Below, in pieces: positions 51,370-63,640 of a DNA stretch of 64,000 nucleotides. A model generated the notes under the pieces. It searched no databases, was not told the DNA's origin, and worked only from the letters and a program-made list of their open reading frames with translations. Position numbers and translations under genes: made by a program. Source of the DNA: Mobula hypostoma. Lineage: Eukaryota. The stretch is from NCBI RefSeq assembly GCF_963921235.1, contig NC_086097.1:13516001-13580000 (forward strand), in the 5' to 3' direction. The stretch's first letter is position 1. Each line of letters begins with the position of its first letter.

Positions 51370-52800
51370 TCTCCCTATAGTTGCTACCTTTTGCTTTCTA
51401 TATGGTCAATCATCCTTTCCGACACCACCCCCCCCCCCACCCCGTGCTATCTATCCTCAGTTTCTTTTCCAACTTTGTTTGTGTCTTGCAGAGTTCTCAG
51501 TCTCATCCTCAGCTTGGTTTTGATGGCAGGTCACCCATCTCTGTGTCATAGCTTCTAGATGACACATAAACCTGCCCTGTTTCATACAATATTATAGCCC
51601 ATGCACACTGCGCTTGGTTTCTGAAACTCTCTTCCAGTGATTTCAGTGAAACCTGAGTGCAATGATAAAGAACAATGCACAGTCTCTAATGTGTGCTGCA
51701 TTTAGCCCATGAGGCTGAGGATAAATTTCTTCCTTTGATCCTCTAAGATGTTTAAAATCAAGCCATATTGACACTACTAACACTTTTCCCAGATGTCACT
51801 TTATGCATGTCAAACGAAGTATACTATTTAAAGAGTATATCGTCCTGGCTAACATACCTTCTACACAAGTACTCATGGGTTCCAATTAAAGTTTAAAGAC
51901 CTTAAAGATGAGCTTTGTTTGTCACACGTACATAGAAACATCAAAACATACAGCAAAATATGTCTTTTGCATTAAATCAAATCAGTGAGGATTGTGCTGG
52001 AGGTTTCTCACTTCCAGAACCAACATAGCATGCTCATAACACACTAACCCTGAACCTAACCACACATCTTTGGAATGTGGGAGGAAATCAGAGCACCCAG
52101 AGGAAACCAACATGGTCATGCGGAAAAAGTACAAACTCCTTACAGGCAGCGATGGGAATCGAACCGCAATTGATGACACTATGGCTGAAAAGTGTTCGAG
52201 CTAACTGCTCCACCACTGTGCTGAACTGAAAAAAAATTTATTTTCAATTTTTTCAGTGGACATCACTATTAGAAAGCTCCACTTTATTTGTACATATAAT
52301 GGTAACACACTTCAGAAGTAACTCATTAGCAAGTATAACTGCTTGGTATGGAGAGGCTACTGCGCGGGATTGGGAAAAGCTGCAGAAAGTTGTAAACTCA
52401 GCCAGCTCCATCATAGGCAATAGTCTTCTCAGCATCAAGGACATCTTCAAAGAGCAATTCCTCGAAAAAGGCAATGCCCATCAGTGAGGGCCTCCATGGT
52501 CCCTTCTCAATGCTACCGTTGAAAAGGAGGTACAACATATCAGGAATAGTTTCTTCCCCACTGTCATCAGGTTTCTGAATGGACAGTGAACCAAGTACAG
52601 TACCTTACTATTTTTCCCTTTTCTTGCTCTTTTTTTGCACTAATTTAGTTAAAAAATATATACACAATACAGTGCAAAAGCTTTTGGCACGTATGTATGA
52701 CTAGGGTGCAAAGACCTTTGCACAGTACTGTAGTAATTTAATGTATTACACTGTACTGCTGCTGCAAATATAATTCATAATATATGTGAGTGATGATATG

Positions 52801-53470
52801 TGTCTGAAGGAGATGGCAGCGCGACGCAGCGCGCGCGGCCTCTCTGGTGAAATGATATCGTATTTGTTAAATAGGGGGCCGTGCACAATTCTGATTTGAT
52901 GGAGACAGATGTGAGAAGCACGGAGGAACATCTGGAGAAATTTCTGAAATGCCCAGTTCACTGCCGCTGCTGCTGTGCGATCGAGAATCTCCAGAGGGTA
53001 GGCCCCAAATCTTTGGCTTTGCCTGTTGCTGGAAGCCGAGGCTGGGGTCGAAGCGCTCGGCAGAGATGGTGCTTGGTACTCGGTGTTGGAGGGCTGGTCG
53101 GAGGCTGGAAGTTTTCAGACGACTCAGAGTCGGACTGTGGTTGGGTGCTTCCAGGGTGCTGCATCGGCAAGTTTGCGGCGCTGGAAGCTCATGGCAGGAA
53201 GAGTTTTCTTCCGTCTCCTGTCTGCCTGAGATCATGGGACTTTTGAGAGACTTTGAACATTTTTTACCATGCCCATGGCCTGTTCTTCATCAAGTTACGG
53301 TATTGCTTGTACTGTTGTAACTATATGTTATAATTATGTGGTTTTTGTCAATTTTTCAGTCGGTCTGTCTTGTGTTTCTGTGATATCACACCGGAGGAAC
53401 ATTGTATTATTTCTTAATGCATGCATTACTAAATGATAATAAAAGAGGACTGCATGTCCTCATAATCTAG
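52801..53470 (+). mobile_element. CpG-rich non-coding retroelement (longer copy of 23646-24198)
   Basis: Begins ggagatggcagcgcgacgc, no tRNA boxes, ends aataaaagaggactgcatgtcctcataatct. Confidence 0.75.
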
Positions 53471-53488
53471 AAATAAATAATAAACACA

Positions 53489-53562
<74 letters not shown>
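53471..53562. repeat. (AAAT)n-(AATC)n microsatellite
   Basis: Directly visible; forms the tail of the preceding element. Confidence 0.95.
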
Positions 53563-54398
53563 TAATTCTGATGGGTCTTTCTTGTGGACTGAATGGGAAG
53601 GGGGCAGGGAGAGGGGAATCATGGTTGGGAAAAGGGGAAGGGAGAGGGGCAGGAGTAGTAAGCACCAGAGAGACATTCTGTAATGATCAATAAACCAATT
53701 GTTTGGAATCAAATAACTTTACCCGGTGTGTCAGGTCTGGGTGTGTCTGCTCATGCACCTCACCCCACATTTGGCACTCTTTCACTGCCAACTGTACCAC
53801 ACCCATCCAGCGGCACTCCACCCTTGCCATTCACAACATCCTTTGCTCCTGCCAGATTTACAAACTTGCTCTCCACTCCACATTGACAAATACAGTACTG
53901 TCCAAAAGCCTTAGCCACCCTATCTATATTTATGTGCCAGTGATATTAAATCAAATTCTGATTCTGATCCTGACACAGTCCTATGTAAGTGCAGCCAATT
54001 TGTTCTGTTTTTAACTGGACAATGAGCACATGGTATGTTGCGCAGATGCTTCTGTAGGATGTGTTTAGTGCAGGCATCGAGGATGGTTTTCCCCTCTGAA
54101 GGATGGTGAACTGCTTGTTTCTAGTATAAGGAGAGACACCAATAGTATGCATTCTCAAAATGAGTCAAACCAGGTAAACTAATGGCCTGGGATAAACTAG
54201 ATGCAAATCTTTGACACACTAAAAGGTTTTGAAAATAAATTCACCTGAATGGAGAAGCTATCTTAAAGCACTAAAAGGGATTAAGGGAGATTTGTGAGCA
54301 TCAGCAGTCATTCTAAGGGAATAGGTGGACACCGAGGTTAGCCTCATATCAAAAGCAAGACAGTATTATGGCAATAATCCTAACCCATCAAAAGAAGG

Positions 54399-54732
54399 AA
54401 AGTGTCCACGGCAGGCGTGATTGATAACTTCATGGCCTAAGGTAGAAGGAGATGAGTTATACAGCTCTCGTTACATGCACATGCAGTTCAACACTTTGAG
54501 TGATTATGCAGAAAGTTTGAAGTTCATAACTCATCTCCTTCTACCTTAGGCCACGAACATATCAATCACCCCTGCTGTGGACACTTCTGGAGCTCCAAGA
54601 TCCGTATGCTCCATGACTGCTGAACTAAGTGTGTAAACGTAGGAGGGGACTATGTTGAAAAGTAAATGTGATAGGTTTTCTAAAATTGACTCCTTCTACC
54701 TTAGGCCACAAACTTATCAATCACCCCTGGTA
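54399..54732. mobile_element. Mariner-type MITE with three TIR copies
   Basis: caggggtgattgataagtt.gtggcctaaggtagaaggag motif at ~54413 (forward) and at ~54535-54575 and 54690-54729 (reverse); ends in TA. Confidence 0.7.
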
Positions 54733-55615
54733 ATGTCAGATGGCAGGAAGCTGACATAAACGTCACATAAATATGTAGTGCCAAATGAAATATCCTAAAG
54801 CCCTCATCATTAAAAGACAATTGGCAAGTCAAACAGGTATTGGGAATGATGAGTGAAGAAATAGGCTTTAAGGAGCATCTTATAAAAAATGAATGAAATT
54901 TGGAGGATGGAGAGATGAATTGCAAAGCTTCCAAACTTGAAGTTCTGTAAATGTGGAGTGGTAACACTGAGGACGATCAGTAGGTATCACCACCCGGGAC
55001 ATGCTCTCTTCTCTTTACTACCATCAGAGAGGAAGCACTAGAGCCAGTAGATACACACTCTTCTTCCCCTCTGCCGTCAGATTTCTGAACAGCCCATGAA
55101 CCTCAGTTTTTTTCCAATGCTAACTTTTTCATATTTCAATATTTTTGTGTATTGCGCTGTACTGCTGCCACAAAACGACAAACTTCATGACATGCGTCAG
55201 AGGTAATAAAGCTGATACCGATTCTGAGAGGTTTATGGAGTAGGAGAGAGCACAGAGTTAGGGAGGGCTGGGGTCATGAGGAGAACTGAAAATAAAGAAG
55301 AAAAAAAAGTCCCAGGCAATCTTTCAGTGGTGCCCAGGTCAGGTTGATAAGCACAGAATTATGGATGAAAGCACTTGGCGTAGATTAGGGCACATGTTTC
55401 TGAAAAGGTGAATGCGGGAGACCAGCCAACAACTCTGTTGAAGGATCATTGACCTGAAACAATAATGCTATTTCTCTCTTGTAAACTTAACTTTGTATGA
55501 CACAGAAAGAGGCCCATGAACGCATCCATCATTCCTATTCACCTTGTTCCCTGCAGCTCATTCTTTTTCATATATGCTCATCAACTCCATTTTTAATTTA
55601 TTTGCCTTTTATCGA

Positions 55616-55993
55616 CATTGATAGAGGTATATAAAATTATGATGGGTATAGATAGAGTGAATGCAAGCAGGCTTTTTCCACTGAGGCAGGGGGAGAAAAA
55701 AACCAGAGGACATGGGTTAAGGGTGAGGGGGGAAAAGTTTAATGGGAACACTGGGGGGGCTTCACACAGAGAGTGGTGGGAGTATGGAATGAGCTGCCAG
55801 GCAAGGTGGTAAATGCAGGTTCTTTTTTAACATTTAAGAATAAATTGGACAGATACATGGATGGGAGGTGTATGGAGGGATATGGTCCGTGTGCAGGTCA
55901 GTGGGACTAGGCAGAAAATGGTTCGGCACAGCCAAGAAGGGCCAAAAGGCCTGTTTCTGAGCTGTAGTTTTTCTATGGTTTCTATGGTTTCTA
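55616..55993 (+). mobile_element. CR1 3' end
   Basis: IEVYKIMMGIDRVN..TRGHGLRVRG; (ttctatggt)n tail. Confidence 0.88.
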
Positions 55994-56905
55994 TTAGAGA
56001 CATTTAAAAATTGCCAGTGAACTATCAGAGCATCTTTGAACTGCGGTAGGGAATAGGAGATTCCAAAAGAAAATTGCCTACTGCCTGTCAGTTTGTATGT
56101 TGTCCCTATGACTGTGTGTGTTTCTTCCAGGTTTTCCTGTTTCTCCCTCAGTCCAAAGGCATACTGGTTGGTAGGTTAATTGGTCATTGTCAATTGACCT
56201 GTAGTTAGGCTAGGATTAAATCAGGGAATTGCTGGGCAGTGCAGCTCCAAGGGCTGGAAGGGTCTATTCTGTGCCATATCTCAATAAATAAAAAGAAAAT
56301 GATGTAGTCATCAGGAGAACAAGCAAACTCCACATAAACAGCATTTGAGGTTAGGATTGAAACTGAAGCTGAGCGTTCACTAACTCCTCTGCCATGGTGA
56401 CACTCCTCTCTCTATATCTACGGCCACACCTGCTGAGAATTTCCAGTGCTTCCTGTTTTTATTTCTGCCAAGAGTATATGTGAGCTGACAAATCTAGAAA
56501 AAGCAGATGCATGGAAGAGGGTTCCAGCCCCTCAGAGAAGTTAATTCATTGCCACAGCATGGAATGTAGAATGGTACAGCACAGGAACAGGCCTTTTGTC
56601 CCACCATTTCTGCACTGACTCTGAAGCCAGTCTATGTAATCTCACAGTCCGCATCACTCTATTCCCTGCCTTTTTGTGCCTTTCTAAATGTCTTTTACAC
56701 ATTACTATTGAATCTGCTGCTACTACCTCCATTGGCAGAACACTCTTTGTGAAAAAACTTGCCTCACAAATTTCTTTAAAACTTCTCCCTTCTTACCTTA
56801 AATCTCTACACTCTACTGTTTGTAATTTCCAATCTGTGAAAACACCTCTGACTATCTACACTAACATTTCTTTCAGGACACCCCTCAGCTACCGATGATC
56901 CAGAG

Positions 56906-56985
56906 AGGGGGTTCCCAACCAGGGGTCCACAGATTGGCTGCTTAATGGTATTGATCCATGGCCTAGAAAGGGTTGGGAACCCCCT
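56906..56985. mobile_element. 80-bp hAT (Charlie-type) MITE
   Basis: TIR agggggttcccaacc/ggttgggaaccccct; 8-bp TSD atccagag/ctctagag (TCTAGA-like target). Confidence 0.75.
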
Positions 56986-57059
56986 CTCTAGAGAAACCAT
57001 TTTTGTCTACATAGCTAATACAGTTATTAGCCATAACTGTCCTTATGGGTGGCCCATTC

Positions 57060-57350
57060 GCATAGTGGTTAGCACAAAGCAGGCTCAATTTCTGCCACTG
57101 CCTGTAAGGAGTTTGTACGTTCTCCCCGTGACCGTGTGGATTTCCTCCGGGTGCTCAGGTTTCTTCCCGGTGCTCTGGTTTTCTCCCACAGTCCAAAGAT
57201 GTACCGGTTGGTAAGTTCAATGGTCTTTGTAAATTGTCCTGTGATTAGACCAGGGTTATATCAGAGGTTGCTAGGCGGCACAGCACGAAGGGCAAGAAGG
57301 ACCTATTCCATACTGTTTCTCACTCAACAAATAGATAGATAAATAGATAA
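57060..57350 (+). mobile_element. V-SINE (HE1-like)
   Basis: ggagtttgtacgttctccccgtgaccgtgtggatttcctccgggtgctc V-domain. Confidence 0.75.
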
Positions 57351-57834
57351 ATAATTGCTATTACCGAGTTTAAAGTTTCTAGATGTGGAAAATGGCTTTC
57401 TTAGAAGTGGCAAAGATTTGTGGTTCAAAGCTGGGGAACAGTGTTTATAACTCTGTGCAACCCGATTTCCCCATCCAATGGCAATAATAACTGATGGAGA
57501 GCATAATATGCCCGTCATACTTCTCCTTAGTTTGTTCACAATATATACTATGGTTTCTTTAGAAGGCACCTGAGATGTGTTTGTATAGGTTGCTAAGTCA
57601 TGTGGCAAGCTTAAGACAAAAGATTACTTTTGGTTAACTTGTAACAGTGATCTTACTGAGACAGTTAGAATTCTGAAGGAGCTTGACATCATAGAGTCCA
57701 AGTGAATGTTTTTCATCTTGAGGGAATCTGGAACTTGGGCATTTTGAAGATATAGATGACAGGAGTGATTTTGTTTCCAAGAGGGTTGTGAATTTTTGGA
57801 GTACTCTTCCCCACAGCTGTGTAACTGAATATAC

Positions 57835-58130
57835 TTACTTTTATTTGGAGATACAGTGTGGAATAGATCCTTGTGGCCCATCAATCCACACCACCCAGCA
57901 ACTCACCCATTTGACCCTAGCCTAATCACAAACAATTTACCATTACCAATTAACCTACTATTGGTATGTCTTTGGACTGTGGGAGGAAACCAGAGCACCC
58001 AGAGGAAAGCCACATGCTCACAGGGAGAACGCACAACAACCTTAAAGACGTTGCTGGAATTGAACTCCGAACTCTGATGCCCCAAGCTGCAATAGTGTCC
58101 AACTAACCACTACGCTACCATATCACCTTC
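57835..58130 (-). mobile_element. V-SINE (HE1-like)
   Basis: ctttggactgtgggaggaaaccagagcacccagagg (reverse V-domain); head gtagcgtagtggttag. Confidence 0.7.
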
Positions 58131-59272
58131 ACTGGCCTAGAGGAGCTATCAAGGGCTGAGTGAGGCAGGCAGCAAAACGAAGCTGAAACCTAGATTAGAT
58201 CAGGCATGATCCAGGATGGATCAAATGACTGTGGAGCCGACTCCTGTGCCATCTTCTTATATTCTTATAGTCATGTAACAGAGGCTTTAAAGGGATAGGG
58301 TATCATCATCACACAGCTTTTTTCTCATTATTAAAGGATACTTTGATTTTATGGGATAGTGAAAAATAGGGGATGGAGATTCAATAGCCAAGGTTATCAA
58401 CTTCAATGGAAAAAGACTTTGGAGACCCTGTTGATTCACCATCATCCATCTTGCAATAACTCATAAGGCCAAAATTACCTGAGAAAATGATACATGGATG
58501 CAATGGCTTCCTGGAGAGTATGATGATGAAAAAGACCCAGGAACATTTCCATAGTCAATTGAACGCCACAGTAATGAAGCTTTAGGGGAATGCTAGATGG
58601 ATGAGCCGAGGTGAGGCAAATGGTAATAATTATCACTTGATTCATCTTTTCTTTTCTTCCCTTTAGTCCTTTCTTCCTATTACAGTGCTGAAACAATCTT
58701 TCCTCTATATTGAGAGCGTATGCCTTCGCTCCAAAGAAATACACACACATGCGCAAAATGTGCAGGCTTCCTTTACAAATGTTTTTAACCTGCCAATCAA
58801 ACCCAGAAAGTGCACTCCACCATATCAACTTGAATTGGAAGATAATAGGATCATTTTCACTTAAGTGTATAGTTTTCCTTGTTCTGTGTACACAGTGTAT
58901 ACATATGCAGCGCATTAATGCTCCCATTTGCCCTTTCAAATTACTCACAATTGCATTGCTCATTTACTGGTGCTGATTCCTTATTATTCACTCATTGTCA
59001 AAGTATCACCCTTGCAAATGTCACCCAGTCTTCCTAAATTTCTTCCTGCATTGTTGAACTGTCCTATTAAAACACCATCCTTTTCTTTGAATTTGTTTTG
59101 AAAGTGAAGTAGACACTTAGTTAGTAAGTAAAGGGAACAATCTGCCCCATCTAGAACAATCGATGTATATTCTAAAGTGCTTGTTTCAAAATGTTTGACA
59201 GAAATAGATTGTTTACTCTGCTTCCCTTAAAGAAGCTTCTACTTCTGGATGTTTCACGTAACTATTCTTGAG

Positions 59273-59625
59273 TAACACACACAAAGTGCTGGAGGAACTC
59301 GTCAGGTCAGGCAGTGTCTGTGGAGAGGAATACACAATCGAAGCTTCAGACCGAGACCTCTCATCAGGTCTGGAAAAGAAGGGAGAAGAAGGCAGATTAA
59401 GAAAATAAGCTGCCGGGGGCGAGGGGGTGGGAAGAAAAAGAGTACAAGTTAGGAGGTTTTAACGTGAAGCCAGTTGAGGGGGAAGGTGGGTGGGTGGAGA
59501 AGGGTTGAAGTAAGAAGCCATGAGCTGATTGGTGGAAAAGATAAAAGGCTGACGAAGAAGTAATCTGACAGGAAAGGAGAGTGGAGAAGAGAGGGGAGTG
59601 GAGAAATGGCTATTCTTCCCTTCTC
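59273..59625 (-). mobile_element. Penelope 3' region and pLTR
   Basis: Purine-rich reverse of the PLE 3' region; minus strand cctgatgagaggtctcggtctgaagc (decayed hammerhead). Confidence 0.7.
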
Positions 59626-59778
59626 CAGCTTGTTTGCCATAAAGACGTAGAATCATACAGCATGAAAATAGGCCATTTGGTCCAATTCATCCTTGTTGAC
59701 CACTGGGCACCTATCCTTATTAATCTTATCTCCCAGCACATCCTCCTAAACCAAGACAGTTCAAGTGTTTCTCTAGAT

Positions 59779-59857
59779 CAGGGGTTTCTTGACTGGGGAC
59801 AATGGACACCTTGCTTAATGACATTGGGCCATTGTATAAAAAAGGTTGGGACTCCTT
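59779..59857. mobile_element. hAT (Charlie-type) MITE, same family as 56906
   Basis: caggggtttct..ggttgggactcctt; TSD ctctagat/ctctcaat. Confidence 0.65.
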
Positions 59858-60089
59858 CTCTCAATACGTCATATATACTTTCAGCTTCAATCACTCTTTC
59901 AGGCAGCCCTATTTAAGTTACTTACCAGCCGTTGGGTGAAGACAGTTCCATCCATGGCACGATAGGAAAATGGAGGGAAGGGTGAGATTGAACTTAGAGT
60001 AAGTTAAAAGTTCAGCACAATATCGGAGCCTTAGGGGCTGTACTGTACTCTGTCTCTCTTCAACTTTACCCAAAAGCTACATCCTTTAG

Positions 60090-60389
60090 CTTGTGGCCAA
60101 GTGGTTAAGGCATTGGTCTAGTGATCCGAAGGTCGCTAGTTCGAGCCTCAGCTGAGGCAACATGTTGTGTCCTTGAGCAAGGCACTTAACGACACATTGC
60201 TCTGCAACGACACCGGTGCCAAGCTGTATCGGCCCTACTGCCCTTCCCTTAGACAACATTGGTGGCGTGGAGAGGGGAGACTTGCAGCGTGGACAACTGC
60301 CGGTCTTCCATACAACCTTGCCCAGGCCTACGCCCTGGAAACCTTCCAAGGCGCAAATCCATGGTCTCACGAGACTAACAGATGCCTAA
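60090..60389 (+). mobile_element. tRNA-derived SINE with CORE-like domain
   Basis: tggccaagtggttaagg A-box, gttcgagcc B-box, gtgtccttgagcaaggcacttaac; 11-bp TSD acatcctttag. Confidence 0.8.
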
Positions 60390-60719
60390 ACATCCTTTAG
60401 TTTTATTTTCCTCTGATATCAGGAAGGATTCCTGTAGTCGACTCTATCTTTACACTCCCCTCACAGTTTTATTCAGCACTTTTTCTCCTCTGCTCCACAG
60501 TGAATAGACATAGCTTGTCCACTTTCTCTTCACAGTAGAACTTCTCTGCCCAAGCAGCTTTTCTTGTGAACTCCTCTGCACCCTCCTCAGCCTTATGACA
60601 TCATCCCCATAACACCAGAACTGTCCTCAATATCTCATTTAAGGTCTGATCTATGTTTTATCAAGTGCAAGCATAACACCCCTACTATTGCATTTAATAC
60701 CCCAACCAATAAAGACCAA

Positions 60720-60960
60720 AAGGATGAGGTTATGGATTACTTGGTGACACAGGACAAGATAGGGCAAAGTCAGCATGGTTTCCTTAAGGGAAAGTCTTGC
60801 CTGATGAGCCAGTTGAAAGTCTTTGTGAATATTACAAGTAGGATAGATAAAGGGGATGCAGTTGGTGTTGCATATTTGGACTTTCAGAAGGACTTTGACA
60901 AGGTGCCAAACCTGAGGCTGTTTACCAAGCTGAGAGCCCATGATATTACAGGAAAATTAC
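60720..60960 (+). mobile_element. CR1 RT fragment
   Basis: QHGFLKGKSCL..YLDFQKDFDKVP. Confidence 0.85.
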
Positions 60961-61660
60961 TGTTGTGTATGTGGCCTGGTTACACAACAATACTATTAAT
61001 AAAAACGTGGGAGATAGGAGCTAAGTTTCAGGGTTCTTTACTGGCATAAAACAAAATCAGTACACAAGTACAGATCAATATGCGTCTAATAGCACATGCT
61101 CAATATGGGCCTAATAGCGCATTCACGACACATATTAGTCCCTTATTATAATCTAGGCTATATGGTACACTCTACCTCTTTTATTTTAATAGTGCATCAA
61201 CTTTTTTTTTACTGGGGCATTATGCTAAACAAATATGTTTACAATTAACATACAAACGCCTACCATTTGTTTACTTAGCAACTTAATAATATCAAATTAT
61301 AACAAAGTAATGTAATAATATCGAGTTATAACAAGCCATTTTTTTTTACTTTTGGTCTAAGACCCATTTACAACTCAAGCCTCTGGGGATTGTCCATCAC
61401 AGAAGCAAATAGGTCTTCTCTCTATTGTATGGAATAAATTAAACAATCCACAAATTGGCAGGTTCCAGCCATAAAGAGTAGTCACCTCCTTCTTGCAAAG
61501 ATGATGAAAGCAAAGTGAAATCCATGAAAAGGTGAATGTTTCTCTTAAAAATATGTACAATTATCAAAACTGAGATGGCATTGGAAAGTGTCTTCAAATA
61601 TGTGGTCTGTGTCCTAGCCTCTGTAGGACTTGAAAATGGATTAATCTCCAATTGGCATTT
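60961..61660 (-). mobile_element. Possible Gypsy remnant (3' LTR, PPT and end of internal region)
   Basis: Minus strand purine tract aaaataaaagaggtagag (61170-61187) followed by TG; ends ..caaca at 60961 where the CR1 breaks; possible ORF end NPQRLEL*. Confidence 0.35.
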
Positions 61661-62124
61661 TTCAGCTTATTTCACCAACACATCAGTATCTCCTTGCATC
61701 TAAGACTATCTTCCAGACTATCAGCAACTCTACTAGCCTGTGTGTCGCTCACGAACTTACTGATAATCTGTCCCGCATCTACAGCCAGATCATTGACCTA
61801 TATTTTAAACAGCAATGTTCTCAACACCGATATTTCTCGGACACCACTAGACACAGGCATCCAATTGCAAAAAAAAGCCCATACTATCACCCCTTGCCTC
61901 TTATTGCCAAGACAACTTTGGATTCATTTTATCAATTTTCCCTGGACGCTATGGACCATAACGTTTTGAATTATCCTCTCATGTAGAATCTTGTCAAAGG
62001 ATGATTAAAATCCCTGTAAATCCCTGTAAAATCCCTGTAAATACTAGAGGACCTCCATTTTTTTTATATTTTTGGAGCTATGAACTAGACTTTCATCTAG
62101 TCCTTTACTGAATTATCCAGCTCA

Positions 62125-62639
62125 AAATCAGAATCAGAATGAGGTTTATTATCACTGGCATGTTTCGTGAATTTTGTTAAATTAGCAGCAACAATTCAAT
62201 GCCATACATAATATAGAAGAAGAAGAAAGAATAAATAAATAACAGTATATGTATATTGAATAGATTAAAAATCATGCAAAAACAGAAATGATATATATTA
62301 AAAATCTGAGATAATGTTCACAGGTTCAATGTCCATTTAGGAATCGGATGGCAGAGGGGAATAAGATGTTCCTGAATTGCTGAGTGAGTGCCTTCAGGCT
62401 TCTGTATCTCCTACCTGATGGTAACAGTGAGAAAAGGGCATGCCCTGGGTGCTGGGGGTCCTTAATAATGGACGTTGTTTTTCTGAGACAACGCTCCCTA
62501 AAGATGTCCTGGGTACTTTGTAGGCTAGTATCCAAGATGGAGCCAACTAAATTTACAACCCTCTGCAGCGTCTTTTGGTCCTGTTCAGCCTGTCAGAATG
62601 CTCTCCATGGTACATCTATAGAAGTTATTGTTGACATAC
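62125..62639 (-). mobile_element. Rex1/Babar-type 3' fragment (target of the terminal Gypsy element)
   Basis: SIIKDPQHPGHALFSLLPSGRRYRSL; (attctg)n tail. Confidence 0.85.
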
Positions 62640-63541
62640 TGTGACAAGAACACACATAGATTAAGATGTTAGCTGGCCTGTGCTGGCACCAGTGGGATCA
62701 GCAGTTGGTCTGCCACCTGTCTTCAGGAGAAAGAGAGATAAGGAAAACAATGGAGCAGCATTTGGAGATGTTAATGAAGGGACGGGAGAGAGTAACGGAA
62801 GGAGAGCTGTCAAGATCGGCTCCCCCTTTGAACACTGAACTGTTTGAAGTGATGGACAGGCGATACCCCAGCAGGGGGATAAAAAGGGACAGGTTCGCTG
62901 AGGCAAGGACACACACGACACCCCGAGGTAACGAGACCCTGGAAGCGGTGCGTCTCCCACAAGTCGGTGGGAAGTTTTGGACAGCTGGTCGCGGGACAAG
63001 CCATAGACACACAGGGTGGAAAGGCACGATTGGCGGGAACCTGGTGTGTGTCCACCCTTGCCTGGGTGCCAGGTTCACCGCAGAGAAACGATCGTATCTG
63101 GAAACGGAAGGGTCACGGTCGGTGACCTCAGATGACATCACAAAGGGCTCGCACGAAAGCTGACTGAGAAGAATGTCGAAGGTCTGTGTGGAAGCCGTTT
63201 GAATATTCATTCGTTTTGCTCTCTCTCTCCTTCCCCCCCACTGTCCATCTCCCATGGCAGCGATTACTGCGAACAGAACTGAACTAAATTGAACTGAACT
63301 TTGCATCACTTTGAAATTGGTCATTTACCCCCAGACAACGATAGAGCTTGATTGATCCTGTTATCTTAATTCCGTGTACATGTGTGTTTATCATTGCTGA
63401 ACTGTTGCATTTATTATTCTTTTGATTAGAGTACTGTGTTGCTTGTGTCTTTAATAAAACTTTCTTAGTTCTAGTAATCCAGTCTCCAACTGAGTGATCC
63501 ATTTCTGCTGGTTTGGCAACCCAGTTACGGGGTACGTAACA
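62640..63541 (+). repeat. 5' LTR (~902 bp) of a Gypsy element
   Basis: tgtgac..gtaaca ends, TATA-like gataaaaa ~62878, aataaa ~63453, CpGs retained; followed by PBS and gag. Confidence 0.85.
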
Positions 63542-63545
63542 TAAG

Positions 63546-63564
63546 TGGGGTTCTAGTCCGCGAT
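63546..63564 (+). promoter_or_regulatory. Degenerate tRNA-Pro-type primer-binding site
   Basis: tggggttctagtccgcgat versus canonical TGGGGGCTCGTCCGGGAT, 4 nt after the LTR. Confidence 0.6.
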
Positions 63565-63640
63565 TTTGAACGCTAAATTTGGGACGGAGTAAATTGATTG
63601 GGTAAAAATTCCCGAAAGAAAGAAAAGATAAACAGCAGAA

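Larger units (their letters stand above)
52670..53938 (+). repeat. Second copy of the MITE/Rex1-tail/core composite, interrupted by 52801-53562
   Basis: MITE 52670-52730, Rex1 tail, core 53565-53890 matching 31045-31360, start of the next MITE at 53893. Confidence 0.7.

Noticed and set aside
52867..53320. Several overlapping ~120-aa ORFs
   Set aside because: They are inside a GC-rich repeat whose second copy (23646-24198) has an indel and different frames
58475..58976. 162-aa minus-strand ORF
   Set aside because: Composition is not protein-like and I recognise no domain
60090..60165. Genuine tRNA genes at A/B-box sites (also 51142, 27865, 39746)
   Set aside because: Each continues into a SINE body, with TSDs at 51142 and 60090; no clean cloverleaf or T-run terminator
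62666..63324. Long ORFs (165 aa on +, 208 aa on -)
   Set aside because: They lie wholly within the LTR, have no recognisable domain, and are expected in GC-balanced young LTR sequence
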